The notes: a model not told the origin generated them from the sequence alone. A stretch of 64,000 nucleotides of DNA from Acidobacteriota bacterium (GCA_013287135.1 JABDEK010000009.1:8462-72461); one strand, 5' to 3'. Counted from the stretch's first letter, positions 27,734-38,873 are shown. A program made the numbers and translations.

Positions 27734-30208
27734 ATGACGTCATTCGGCCAGGACCTGCGTTATGCCCTGCGGATGTTGCTCAAGAGTCCCGGTTTTACGA
27801 TTGTCGCGATACTCACCCTGGCCCTCGGCATCGGCGCGAATGTGGCCACTTTTAGCGTGGTTTATGCCGTCCTGCTTCGTCCCCTGCCTTACCCTCAACC
27901 CGAACAGCTCGTTCGCGTTTTCGACGATCTTCGTAGTTCCAATGTGAAAAACGTAGGTATGTCAGCACCCGAATTATGGGATTTGCAGGACCGATCTGGC
28001 GTGTTTCAGGAGCTCTCTGCGGTTTGGCCGATTGATTCCGACATCGCCGGGGGCGACCGTCCAGTTCGCGCGGAAACTCTGGCGGTTAGCCCGGGCTATT
28101 TCACCATGCTTGGTATAAAGCCTCAGCTTGGCCGCGTTTTCACTCGGCAGGATTCGGTTCCCGGCTTTATTGAAGCTGTCGTAATAAGCGATGGGTTCTG
28201 GCGGCGCAATTACGGGGCAGACCCGCAGATCATTGGCCGCACGATGCGGCTCGACAACGATCTGTACCAAATCATCGGGGTCATGCCTGCTGGATTTCGT
28301 CATCCAGGCCGCACGTTGCAGACGGATGTGGAAGTCTGGTGCGCAGCAGGTTACAACGCTCCGCCCTTTCCTGTGCCAGCCGTCCGAGCCGCAAGATTTA
28401 TCCCTGGTGCGATAGGCCGCCTGAAACCGGGACTCACCGTAGCCCAAGCCCAGGCCCAGCTAGACACGTTCGTTGCCGGCTTGAGCCGGCAATATCCGAA
28501 TGATTATCCGGCTGCCGCCAGTTGGGAGACGCGAATAGTTCCAGTGAAAGAAGACCTCGTTGGACCGGAGCGTACCGAGCTTTTTGTCTTATTCGGCGCG
28601 GTGGGGTTTGTGCTGCTGATTGGTTGCGTCAACCTCGCAAACCTGTTGCTGGCTCGATCGTCAGGACGGCGCCGCGAAATTGCAATTCGACTCGCCTTAG
28701 GCGCCGGGCGCCGGCGCTTGATGGCGCAATTGCTTACCGAGAGCGTTTTACTCTCCGTAATCTCCGGGTTGGTAGCACTGCTCACCGTTGTTTTGTTCAA
28801 GAACTCCATCTTGGCTCTGGCTCCGGCAAGCCTTCCCCGGCTAAGCGAAGTACACATCAGCGCCGGCGTTTTATTTTTTGCTTTCATGATCTCAATCGTT
28901 ACCGGCTTGCTGTTTGGTTTGGCGCCCGCAGTGCAAGCTGGAAATCCAAATCAAGTGGAGAGCTTGCGAGAAGGTGGCCGAGGTTCTGGCGCCGGCAGAA
29001 GGCATACACGGGTGTCGCACGTGCTGGTTATTTCGGAAGTAGCGCTCTCTCTTATATTGCTCGCAGGCGCAGGACTGCTTCTGCGCAGTTTCTGGCACGT
29101 GCTGGAAGTGCGTCCGGGCTTCAATCCAGACCATGTAGTCACGGCCCAGATTTGGATTCCGGTTCCGAACGATCCAAAAACCGATCCATATCGTCCCACT
29201 GACAAGCGGGCGGCTTTTCTGATGGAAATTCTTCAAAGGGTATCCATTCTGCCGGGAGTGGAAGAAGCGGCCATGGGCGGAACGAACAGCTTGCCGCTTG
29301 CTGCAGTACGAAACGGTTTTCCGTTTACAATCGTGGGCCGCCCGACAGACTCGGAGCGCGCGCCCATCGCGGAGTTTGCCTCCGTCACGCCCGACTACTT
29401 CGAGGTGCTGAAAGTCCCGCTGCTCGCCGGAAGAAATTTCGTTGAGTCTGACACCGATAAATCCCAGCAGGTAGTGTTGGTAGATCAAACTCTCCAGCGG
29501 CGATACTGGCCCAATGAAGATCCACTGGGAAAACAAATTAGTTTCGGTGGACGGCCTGGGACGAATCCTTCGTTCACGATCGTCGGCGTTGTGGGTGATA
29601 TTAAATCCGATGGCTTCGACGCGCCTAGCGCACCCCACATTTATCTCCCGGTGCGGCAGAGCCCGGGTTATTCGTCAGTTGTGTTTCTCCGCAGCGCGGG
29701 AAATCCCGAAGCGCTGGGAGAATCCATTCGCCACGAAGTGCAGTCGATTGATCCCAACATTCCCGTTTTCAGTGTGCGAACGATGGATCAAATTATCGCG
29801 AGGTCCATGGCTGAGCGTCGCTTCGCCCTTCAACTTCTCGGCATCTTCGCCGGCGTAGCTCTTCTACTCGCCGCCATCGGAATTTATGGCGTGATGGCGT
29901 ATTCGTTCAGCCAGCGCACGCACGAAATTGGAATTCGCATCGCTTTGGGCGCGCAACGCGTGGACATTTTCCGCATGGCGGTGGGAGAAGGAATGCAGCT
30001 CGTCGCCATCGGCTTGGCCATCGGTCTGGTTGGAGCAGCGGCTCTTACCACATCCGCACGCACCATGCTCTTTGATGTGAGCCCGGCGGACCCCATTACC
30101 TTCGGCGCCATCTCGGCCACGCTTGCCGCGGTGGCGTTCCTGGCTTGCTATGTTCCGGCCCGACGCGCCACCCGCGTTGATCCGCTTGTAGCTTTGCGCG
30201 ACGAATAA
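27734..30208 (+). CDS. ADOP-family ABC-type permease (MacB-like periplasmic domains plus two FtsX modules)
   Basis: 824 aa. [17 protein letters not shown]-terminus, duplicated FtsX-like 4-TM modules, and a C-terminal [19 protein letters not shown]. This is the classic architecture of acidobacterial duplicated orphan permeases. Confidence 0.9.
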
Positions 30209-30280
30209 CCGCTCGCGCATGCGTTGAACAGCTTCTCAGCTTTCAAAGCTAGTTCCTAAATTGTGCGCGAAGGAGATCAC

Positions 30281-32752
30281 ATGAATTCCTTTTTCCAGGA
30301 TATTCGATACGCTCTCCGGATGTTGGTTAAGAGTCCCGCGTTCACACTTGTCGCTGTGCTGACTCTTGCATTGGGGATTGGCGCCAACGTCGCCACTTTC
30401 AGCGTGGTGTACGCCGTTCTGTTGCGGCCACTCCCTTTCGCGCATCCTGAGCAACTCGTTCGCGTCTTCGACGATCTTCGCGGTCCGAACACGCCAGATG
30501 TAGGGATGTCCGCTCCGGAGCTTTGGGATCTGCAAGACCACTCGGGCGTGTTTCAGGATATTTCCGCCGTAGCACCGAGCAATTCCGCAATTGGCGGTGG
30601 AGATCGTGTGGTCCGCGCCGAGTCTCTGATCACCAGCCCTGATTATTTCAGCCTGCTGGGAACGAAGCCGCAGATTGGTCGCGTCTACACAGCGCAAGAT
30701 TCCGTTCCGGGATTCCTGGAGCCGGTCGTCATCAGCGATGGATTTTGGCGCAGCAATTTCGGGTCGGACCCGCACATCATCGGTCGGAAAATCCGCCTGG
30801 ATAACGACCTATATACGATTGTGGGAGTAATGCCCCCGGGCTTCCGTCATCCGGGCCGCACGCTAAATACCGACGTGGACGTATGGGCCGCGACTGGCTT
30901 CAACGGTCTTCCGTTTCCCGTTCCGGCCGACAGGTCGCTGAGATTGATTCCTGGCGCAATCGCGCGTTTGAAGCCCGGGCTAACTGTCGCGGAAGCGCAG
31001 GCGCGGCTCGATGCTTATGTATCGCAACTCAGCCGGGTGTATCCCGCCGAGTATCCCGCTGCCTCGGCATGGACCGTACGTCTTGTTCCGGTGAAAGAAG
31101 ATTTGGTCGGCCCGCAGCGAACGCAATTGTTTATCCTTTTGGGAGCGGTAGGACTCGTGCTGCTGATCGCGTGCGTGAACATTGCCAACCTCCTCCTGGC
31201 GCGCGCTTCCGGACGCCGGCGCGAAATTGCCATTCGGCTCGCGATGGGCGCCAGCCGAGGGCGTCTGGCCAGTCAATTGTTGACCGAGAGTACGTTGCTG
31301 GCCTTTATTTCCGGAATCGTAGCTCTGGTGACGGTGGTTTTTTTGAAGAACGCAATCGTCGGCCTCGCTCCTGCGGATATTCCGCGGCTCAATGAGGTTG
31401 AGCTCAGCGCTGGCGTTCTGTTTTTTGCGTTCCTGATCTCTGTGCTCACAGGCGTCCTGTTCGGGTTGGCGCCCGCGCTTCAAGCCACGAATCCGAACCA
31501 GGTGGAGAATCTGCGGGAAGGCAGCCGCGGGTCGGGTGCGGGCGTACGGCATACTCGGATTTCGCGGATTTTGGTGGTGTCGGAAGTAGCGCTCTCGATT
31601 GTTTTGCTGGCGGGCGCCGGGCTGCTACTTCGAAGTTTCTGGCGGGTGCTCGAAGTGCGTCCCGGATTCAACCCCAGCCATTTGACTACGGTGCAAATCT
31701 GGATTCCAGTGTCCAACAATCCGGCCACCGATCCTTACGCTGCAGAAGACAAGCGCGCCGCATTTCTTACGGAGGTTTTTCGCCGCGTGTCGGCGCTGCC
31801 CGGTGTGGAACAATCCACAATTTCAGGCAACGACACTTTGCCCATGAACTCCGGCAGAAACTACTCTCCCTTTTCGATTCATGGGCGTCCGCAAGACTCC
31901 GAGCGCAGCCCGGTTGCAGACATTGCTGTTGTAGATACGCAATACTTTCGCACTATGGAAGTTCCTTTGACAGCCGGGCGAAATTTCACCGCCTCCGATA
32001 CGGATAAGACCGGGACTGTTGGAGTGATCGACCAAACCTTGGCGCGGCGCTATTGGCCTAACGAGAATCCGGTCGGACAACAAGTAAAGTTTGGATTTGG
32101 AGCAGGTATTAAGGGCGTGACAATTGTCGGCGTAGTGGGAGATATCAAGTCGGACGGTTTTGATGCTCCCAGCGTGCCGCATATTTATGTCCCTTTGGGG
32201 CAGTTCGCGCCGGTCAACGCGGTGGTTTTTCTGCGGAGCAGAGGCGACGCGGGAAATCTCGGCGAGGCCGTGCGGCGTGAAGTTGAAAAAGTCGATCCCA
32301 ATATTCCGGTCCATAGCATCAGCTCCATGGACCAAATCATTAGGAGGTCCCTGGCCGACCGGCGCTTCGCTCTTGAGCTTCTGGGGATTTTTGCGGGGGT
32401 CGCTCTTCTGCTCGCTGCCATCGGCATTTATGGCGTGATGGCATATTCGTTTAGCCAACGCACGCACGAAATCGGAATTCGCATCGCTCTGGGCGCGCAA
32501 CGCATAGACATTTTCCGTATGGCCGTGGGAGAAGGAATGCGACTTGTTGTCATCGGGCTCGCAGTAGGATTGTTGGGAGCTGTGGCGCTGACGCGATTCG
32601 TGCGTACCATGTTGTTCGGCGTGAGTCCTGCCGATCCGCTTACCTTCGGCGCGATCTCAGCCGCGCTTGCTGCAGTGGCTTTGCTCGCTTGTTACATTCC
32701 CGCGCGACGCGCGACTCGTGTTGATCCGCTGGTCGCTTTGCGCGATGAATGA
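30281..32752 (+). CDS. ADOP-family ABC-type permease (tandem paralogue)
   Basis: 823 aa from the ATG at 30281 (AGGAG 5 nt upstream). It is collinear with the upstream copy along its whole length. Roughly three quarters of the residues look identical by eye, and long near-identical DNA stretches occur in the last FtsX module. Confidence 0.9.
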
Positions 32753-32828
32753 ACGCGATAACTTCTTCTGTTAGAATCTCGGCGGACTGACACAGTTCAT
32801 GTTCGTTTTCTCCTGAAGCAGGCCGCCG

Positions 32829-33370
32829 ATGAATTCCAGAGCAGTGCGAGGTAGGTTTTTCTCAGCATTCTTCTTTTTAACATTCTCGGCTTCGCTGCGA
32901 GCGGCCCATCACCACAGCCTCGGTCAGCGACCCCCACGAACGCGAAAAACGAATTTCTCGAGTTAACAGGCGGCCAGCTCTACTACGAAGTTGCAGGCGA
33001 GGGTTATCCACTCGTTCTGATTCACGGCGGACAGATGGATTCGCGCATGCGGGACGAGCAAGTTGCGCTGTTTTCAAAATCCTACCGCGTGATTCAAGTC
33101 TCCTGCTTCGATGGCCGTCTACTCCGATGACGAGGACCTCGCAGCACTCCTGAAATATTTGAAAGTCGAGAAGGTCTACATCGTCGGATTGTCGCTGGGC
33201 GGCCGCATCGCCCTCGACTTCACTTTGGCTCATCCTGAGATGGTCCCTGCCATCGTTCCGGTCGCTAAATCTGCGGCCTGCTGCGAAATTCCGGACACAT
33301 TGTGAACCTGGAGCAGCCTGAGGAATTTAATCGCGCAGTATTGGATTTTCTAACTTCCGTTTCACATTGA
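32829..33370 (+). pseudogene. decayed alpha/beta-hydrolase gene (frameshifts plus internal deletions)
   Basis: Recognisable pieces lie in alternating frames:
- signal peptide MNSRAVRGRFFSAFFFLTFSASLRAA (frame 0, stop at 32964)
- ELTGGQLYYEVAGEGYPLVLIHGGQMDS...YRVIQ (frame +2, stop at 33128)
- DLAALLKYLKVEKVYIVGLSLGGRIALDF with the GxSxG nucleophile elbow (frame 0, stop at 33303)
- C-terminal HIVNLEQPEEFNRAVLDFL (frame +2, stop at 33368)

The total is only ~180 codons against ~270 expected. Confidence 0.65.
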
Positions 33371-33536
33371 AACAATTTGCGATAGTCAATAGTTCTGAGC
33401 GTTAAGAGTACGCGGCCAATTTGGATGTGACGCGGACGCTTGTTTCAGTCGGCGCTGGAATTGACATGAAAATCCCTATGCTATACTCCGTTCTGCGCAG
33501 AGTTTCGCAGCCCCTCCGCGCGCCGGAGCAAATGAT

Positions 33537-34505
33537 ATGCCCATACCGAAGACCGAAAAGATTTGGCATAACGGGAAATTCATCAACTGGGACGACGCCC
33601 GACTCCACGTTCTTTCGCACGTGGTCAGCTACGGCTCGGCCGTCTTCGAAGGTATTCGGTGCTACGACACTAAAGAAGGTCCCGCGATCTTCCGTCTGCG
33701 CGATCACGTGCAGCGGCTGCTGAATTCAGCTTACATTTACCGCATGGAAGTTCCTTTCACGCTCGACGAACTCTGCACCGCGAATCTGGATCTGATCCGC
33801 GTGAATAAAATTGGAGCGTGCTATTTGCGTCCAATCGTTCTGCGCGGCTACGGCGAAGCGGGCGTTGACCCCAAAGGCTGCCCCATCGAGGTTTATTTGA
33901 GCTGCTATGAATGGGGAAAATATCTAGGTGAAGAAGGACTGCGCAGCGGCGTGGATGTATGCATCAGCTCGTGGAATCGTCCCGCGCCGAACACTTTGCC
34001 GCAAATGGCAAAAGCTGCGGCGAATTACATGAATTCTCAGCTCATACGCATGGAAGCTCGCGCCAACGGCTATGTGGAAGGCATCGCGCTCGACGTGCAC
34101 GGCTACATCAGCGAAGGCTCCGGTGAAAATATTTTTCTGGTGATGGACGGCACGGTGATCACTCCTCCGCTTTCAAATTCAGCGTTGCCCGGTATCACGC
34201 GCCATTCCGTTCTTACAATTTGCCGCGATCTGAACATTCCCGTCGCAGAGCAAGTCATCCCGCGCGAAATGCTTTACATTTCCGAAGAGCTTTTCTTCTG
34301 CGGCACTGCTGTGGAGATCACTCCGATCCGCTCAGTTGACCGTATCAAGATTGGCATTGGCTCGCGTGGCCCCGTCACCAAACGCATCCAGGACGAATTT
34401 TTCGCTCTCACCGGAGGCACCCAGCCCGACCGCCACCACTGGCTCTCGCCAACCAATGTTCCGGCGACGGCCGAAGCGGGCGTCCCCATGCCCGTGCGCC
34501 CCTAG
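33537..34505 (+). CDS. ilvE: branched-chain amino acid aminotransferase
   Basis: 322 aa. IWHNGKFINWDDARLHVLSHVVSYGSAVFEGIRCY, YLRPIV, KAAANYMNS, GENIFLV and GITR are typical class-IV aminotransferase (IlvE) motifs. Confidence 0.95.
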   Translation: MPIPKTEKIWHNGKFINWDDARLHVLSHVVSYGSAVFEGIRCYDTKEGPAIFRLRDHVQRLLNSAYIYRMEVPFTLDELCTANLDLIRVNKIGACYLRPIVLRGYGEAGVDPKGCPIEVYLSCYEWGKYLGEEGLRSGVDVCISSWNRPAPNTLPQMAKAAANYMNSQLIRMEARANGYVEGIALDVHGYISEGSGENIFLVMDGTVITPPLSNSALPGITRHSVLTICRDLNIPVAEQVIPREMLYISEELFFCGTAVEITPIRSVDRIKIGIGSRGPVTKRIQDEFFALTGGTQPDRHHWLSPTNVPATAEAGVPMPVRP

Positions 34506-34641
34506 TATTTCGCATTGATCTTTGCTGTTAAAAACAGCTAGCGGCGTTTCTCCTAACTCGCTTTCTCCCTTCGAATTCAGTAAAATCGCGCGGTTCTGAA
34601 AATTCTAATACGAGGTAGCTCGTTGTCTTTCGGAGGAACGG

Positions 34642-35343
34642 TTGTATAACCTGCCTCAAAAGCTCTTGGCGGAATTTATCGGCACATTTACAGTAATGTT
34701 TTTTGCTATCGGCGCGATTTGCGCCGACCAATACCTGCGCGCCGCGTCGCAAATTCCGATTGGCACTTTGGGAATTGCTCTGGCCTACGGTCTGTCGTAC
34801 GCCATCACGGTGGGGGCCCTCAGCCACATTTCCGGTGGACATTTAAACCCCGCAGTCACGGCGGGCTACTGGGTCACTCGACGGCTTGGCACCCTGCAAG
34901 CTCTGTTCTACTGGGTCGCACAGTTGCTCGGCGCGATCGCAGCCACCTATCTGCTGGTCGCGATCGTGCCGGACGCGATATGGACATCGGCTGGCAGAGG
35001 CGTCACTCTGCTGGCGCCGGATTTCACGCGACTGCACGCCATGGTTCTCGAAGGACTGATGACGTTTTTTCTCGTTTTCGTAGTTTTCGCTACGCTGGTT
35101 GACGCCCGCGGCGCTTTCAACAAAATGTCCAGCTTCGCGATTGGCCTCACTGTCTCGGTGGGCGTGCTTTTCGGCGGACCTTTTACCGGCGCTGCGATTA
35201 ACCCTGCACGAGCATTTGCCCCGGCTCTCGCTGCGCGTTACTGGAGCAACCACGGCGTTTACTGGGTCGGTCCCCTGCTCGGGGGCGTCATCGCCGCCGT
35301 GATTTACGACCGCCTCTTTCTCACCGAGCAGTCCCCGCTTTAG
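34642..35343 (+). CDS. MIP-family channel (aquaporin)
   Basis: 233 aa. TTG start with GGAGG 5 nt upstream. Both NPA boxes are present (SGGHLNPAVT and GAAINPARAF), with six TM helices. Confidence 0.9.
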   Translation: MYNLPQKLLAEFIGTFTVMFFAIGAICADQYLRAASQIPIGTLGIALAYGLSYAITVGALSHISGGHLNPAVTAGYWVTRRLGTLQALFYWVAQLLGAIAATYLLVAIVPDAIWTSAGRGVTLLAPDFTRLHAMVLEGLMTFFLVFVVFATLVDARGAFNKMSSFAIGLTVSVGVLFGGPFTGAAINPARAFAPALAARYWSNHGVYWVGPLLGGVIAAVIYDRLFLTEQSPL

Positions 35344-35496
35344 CGTCCTCTGCAAAAACTCGCGATAATCCTCTGCGGAGACACCTGACCGAACGTACAG
35401 GTTGGCAGTTTAGAAATGGTTCCCTGCACTGTTCTTGCTAGCCCATGCGGACGCATGCTAGTTTGGCTTGAAGCGTCACACCCGAGGACTTTCGCT

Positions 35497-36645
35497 ATGG
35501 CTGTCAGTATTGACGATTTGTTGCGCCGCGCCGTCGAAAGCCGGGCGTCCGACTTGCACCTGAAAGTAGGCAATCACCCTTATTTGCGCGTGGACGGAAT
35601 GCTCAACGGCCTCACCGATGTTCCGCGCATTACGCCGGAAGAAATGCTGTCGATGGCCTTCAGTATGATGACCAACCGGCAAAAACAAAAATTCAAGGAA
35701 ACCGCTGAGTTGGACATGGCTTACGGCGTCGCAGGACTGGGTCGCTTCCGTGTGAACGTATTTCAGCAGCGCGGCAACGTCGGTATGGTCCTTCGCGTTA
35801 TTCCTACGAAAATTCGCACCATCGAAGAATTGGAATTGCCGCGCGTCCTGTCGCAGATTTGCGAGGAGCAGCGCGGGTTGATTTTGACCACCGGCACCAC
35901 CGGTTCAGGTAAGTCCACCACTCTGGCGGCCATGATCGACCGCATCAATTCCCTTCGCGCCGAGCACATCATCACCATTGAAGACCCCATCGAATATTTG
36001 CACCGCGACAAAAAAGGTTTCATCAATCAGCGCGAAGTAGAAGTGGACACCTCCTCGTTCTCAACTGCGTTACGCGCAGCCTTGCGTCAGGATCCTGACG
36101 TGGTGCTGGTCGGCGAAATGCGCGACCTGGAAACAATTTCGACCGCTCTGCTAGCCGCTGAAACGGGCCACTTGGTGCTTTCCACTTTGCACACTCTTGA
36201 CGCCACGGAAACCATTCAGCGCATCATCGCTGTGTTTCCGCCGCCCGAACAAAAACAGATTCGCTTGCAGCTTGCTGGAACTTTGAAAGCCGTAATCAGC
36301 CAGCGCCTCGTGCGCAAAGCCGACGGCACGGGCCGCGTCCCGGCGGTGGAAGTGATGATCTGCACCGGCTACATTCGCGATTGCATTATCAATCCTGACA
36401 AAACGCGCATGATTCGAGACGCCATTGCCGCCGGTACCAGCCAGTACGGCATGCAGACTTTCGACCAATCGCTCTTCGATCTCTACACACGCAACCTCAT
36501 TACCCTAGAAGAAGCTCTTATGCGCGCTTCGAATCCGGACGACTTCCGCCTGCGCGTGCAAGGTGTGCGCTCTTCTGCAGACGCCGCTCGCGAAGAAATG
36601 GAACGCGCCATGACCGAGTTCGACCGCTTGGGCAGCCGTACATAA
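35497..36645 (+). CDS. pilT: type IV pilus retraction ATPase PilT/PilU family
   Basis: 382 aa from the ATG at 35497. ASDLHLKVGNHPYLRVDG, Walker A GTTGSGKSTT, Asp-box/Walker B VVLVGEMRDLET, and His-box GHLVLSTLHT. Confidence 0.9.
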   Translation: MAVSIDDLLRRAVESRASDLHLKVGNHPYLRVDGMLNGLTDVPRITPEEMLSMAFSMMTNRQKQKFKETAELDMAYGVAGLGRFRVNVFQQRGNVGMVLRVIPTKIRTIEELELPRVLSQICEEQRGLILTTGTTGSGKSTTLAAMIDRINSLRAEHIITIEDPIEYLHRDKKGFINQREVEVDTSSFSTALRAALRQDPDVVLVGEMRDLETISTALLAAETGHLVLSTLHTLDATETIQRIIAVFPPPEQKQIRLQLAGTLKAVISQRLVRKADGTGRVPAVEVMICTGYIRDCIINPDKTRMIRDAIAAGTSQYGMQTFDQSLFDLYTRNLITLEEALMRASNPDDFRLRVQGVRSSADAAREEMERAMTEFDRLGSRT

Positions 36646-36670
36646 CTTGTGGCGCTGTATTTCTCGTGAA

Positions 36671-37222
36671 CTAAGTTCTGTTTCGCCGCAATCGATAAAG
36701 GACGTGTGGCCGGAGCGGATGTCCTTCCGGCAAATTCGGATGGTCGAAGTCGTCCGATGCGTCGTGTGTCATTCCGATTTTCTCCATCACTCGACGTGAT
36801 CTGGCATTTCCCGGGACTGTGAAGGACACGAGTTCATCCAGCCCCAGTTCCTTAAACGCATACTTCACCACCGCCCGCGCAGCCTCCGTGGCGAGCCCGC
36901 GTCCCCAATAATCCGCCGCGAGCCTCCATCCAATTTCAACGCACGGAGTGAAATGCGCCTCGAATGACGGCGCAGCTAACCCAACAAAACCAATAAACGA
37001 TTGCTCCTCGCGCAACTGCGCCACCAACAATCCAAACCCATGCTTTCTGAAATGTTCGTTGATCCGCTCAAAGAGCCAGTCGCTTTCTTGGCTCGTCATG
37101 CACTCAGGCATAAATTCCATCACGCGCAGATCTAAGTTCATTCGGTAAAACGGCTCGCGGTCTTCTTCTTTCCAACGCCGCAGGAGCAATCGCTCAGTCT
37201 CGATCAACAATTCCCCCCACAT
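36671..37222 (-). CDS. GNAT family N-acetyltransferase (RimJ/RimL-like)
   Basis: 183 aa. ETERLLLRRWKEEDREPFYRMN and the acetyl-CoA loop GWRLAADYWGRGLATEAARAVVKYAF. Confidence 0.85.
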   Translation of the reverse strand: MWGELLIETERLLLRRWKEEDREPFYRMNLDLRVMEFMPECMTSQESDWLFERINEHFRKHGFGLLVAQLREEQSFIGFVGLAAPSFEAHFTPCVEIGWRLAADYWGRGLATEAARAVVKYAFKELGLDELVSFTVPGNARSRRVMEKIGMTHDASDDFDHPNLPEGHPLRPHVLYRLRRNRT

Positions 37223-37256
37223 TCATATAGACTTCCCGTTAACTAGGAGATCCAGC

Positions 37257-37853
37257 TTGCACCCTCTGCCATTCTCCGGCCCACCCCTCTACGCCACAAT
37301 ATTCTGGACTACCTACATCATCTGGATCATCCCTGAAACGATCGCTTCCAGAAGAAAACCTGCCAGATCTTCTTCCACTCTGAAGGATCGCAACTCTTAC
37401 CTGGTTGTAATGTCGATGCTGTGGATTGGCATCGCGGCGGATTTCGCGCTTTCCTTCACATTTCCGCAAGCGTCGATCCGTTCGGGCCGCGTTACGTTTT
37501 TCTTTGTCGGTATCGCCGTGATGTATGCCGGAATGGCTCTTCGCTTGTATTCGATGAGCATACTCGGCCGCTATTTCACCTATCAAGTTGCAGTCCACAC
37601 TGATCAGCCGGTCATAGAAGCAGGCCCGTATCGCTACATCCGCCACCCTTCTTACACGGGAGGACTGATCACTCTGGCTGGACTCGGATTGGCTCTGGGA
37701 AACTGGGCCGGGTTGCTCGTGCTTCTTGCTTTTATGGCCGTGGGGTACGCCTACCGAATTCCAATCGAGGAAGCTGCGTTAGCCGCTTCTATTGGCGAGC
37801 CGTACAGAGCTTACATCCGCCGCACCTATCGCCTAATTCCCTATATTTATTAA
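37257..37853 (+). CDS. isoprenylcysteine carboxyl methyltransferase (ICMT)/phospholipid methyltransferase family membrane protein
   Basis: 198 aa. TTG start with AGGAG 7 nt upstream. Multi-TM protein with the family motif GPYRYIRHPSYTGG...EE.L. Confidence 0.8.
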   Translation: MHPLPFSGPPLYATIFWTTYIIWIIPETIASRRKPARSSSTLKDRNSYLVVMSMLWIGIAADFALSFTFPQASIRSGRVTFFFVGIAVMYAGMALRLYSMSILGRYFTYQVAVHTDQPVIEAGPYRYIRHPSYTGGLITLAGLGLALGNWAGLLVLLAFMAVGYAYRIPIEEAALAASIGEPYRAYIRRTYRLIPYIY

Positions 37854-38012
37854 GTCTGGCGCATGTATTTTTTCTTGCCGTATCTGCGGTGCTTTCGGAG
37901 CGCTCCAATTTGGCCTGCCAAAATCTTCGATAAAGCTTTTAGCGTCGCCTTCCCAGCGTTATCCTAACATCGTCAACGCACAAACGACGCGTTGCTCACG
38001 GGTGACTTTGCA

Positions 38013-38873
38013 ATGACCATCTCGCAAAAACAAAAAGCCGACAAACTCCGCGCGCTTCACAACGGCCCGGATATTCTGTTGTTTGCAAATGCCTGGGACG
38101 TAGCTAGCGCCTGTATCCTTGAGCGCCTCGAATTCCCTGCGATCGCCACCACCAGCGCCGGCATCGCCAACACGCTGGGTTACGCCGACGGCCAGCAGAT
38201 CACCTCCCTCGAAATGCTGCGCGTTGTCAGCCACATCGCGCGCGCCGTCTCCATTCCGGTCACCGCGGACATGGAAGCGGGCTACTCAACGAGCGCGATT
38301 CAGATGCATCAAGTGGCGCTACAACTGATCGAAGCCGGCGCCGTGGGCCTGAATCTGGAAGATGGCGAGGACGACGAAGCGCGCGTGTCAGAAACGCAAG
38401 CCCACGTGGAAAAAATCCAGGCGGTGAAAGAGGCCTCTCGGCAGTCCGGAATACCTCTGGTGATTAACGCTCGCACCGATGCTTACTGGGCGACGGAAAG
38501 CCCGTCCGCCAATCGCTTCGCCGAATCCGTGCGTCGCGCAAATCTGTATCGGGAAGCCGGCGCGGACTGCATCTTTGTCCCCGGCATGAAAAAAATCGAC
38601 GAAATAAAAAAATTCTTGCAGGAATCTCCGGGACCCATGAATGTTCTCGGCGGCCCCGGCGCGCCAACCATCGAAGAACTGAAAGCTGCGGGCGTACGTC
38701 GCGTCAGCCTCGGCTCCGGCCCATCGCGCGCAGCCCTGGGCCTATTGCGCGAAATCGCCAGCGAGCTCAAATCCAAAGGTACCTACGAAAGGGTGGCCCG
38801 CTACATGATTCCGGCGAGCGAAGTGAATGCGATGTTCTCCGCCCGCAAGAAATCAGCCGATCAAAAATCGTGA
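38013..38873 (+). CDS. isocitrate lyase/PEP mutase family protein (methylisocitrate-lyase / phosphonomutase-like)
   Basis: LRALHNGPDILLFANAWDVASA, VTADMEAGY, GLNLEDG, INARTDA and ADCIFVPG match the ICL/PEPM TIM-barrel family. ATG at 38013, with an alternative TTG at 37992. Confidence 0.85.
   Translation: MTISQKQKADKLRALHNGPDILLFANAWDVASACILERLEFPAIATTSAGIANTLGYADGQQITSLEMLRVVSHIARAVSIPVTADMEAGYSTSAIQMHQVALQLIEAGAVGLNLEDGEDDEARVSETQAHVEKIQAVKEASRQSGIPLVINARTDAYWATESPSANRFAESVRRANLYREAGADCIFVPGMKKIDEIKKFLQESPGPMNVLGGPGAPTIEELKAAGVRRVSLGSGPSRAALGLLREIASELKSKGTYERVARYMIPASEVNAMFSARKKSADQKS

Noticed and set aside
28892-29638. 248-aa ORF antisense to the first ADOP gene, with its counterpart at 31823-32500 in the second
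   Set aside because: Both are shadow ORFs. They recur in both paralogues simply because the paralogues are similar.
34524-34538. Hairpin GCTGTT-AAA-AACAGC just after ilvE
   Set aside because: It has an AU-rich 6-bp stem and no following U-tract. This is a low-stability structure.
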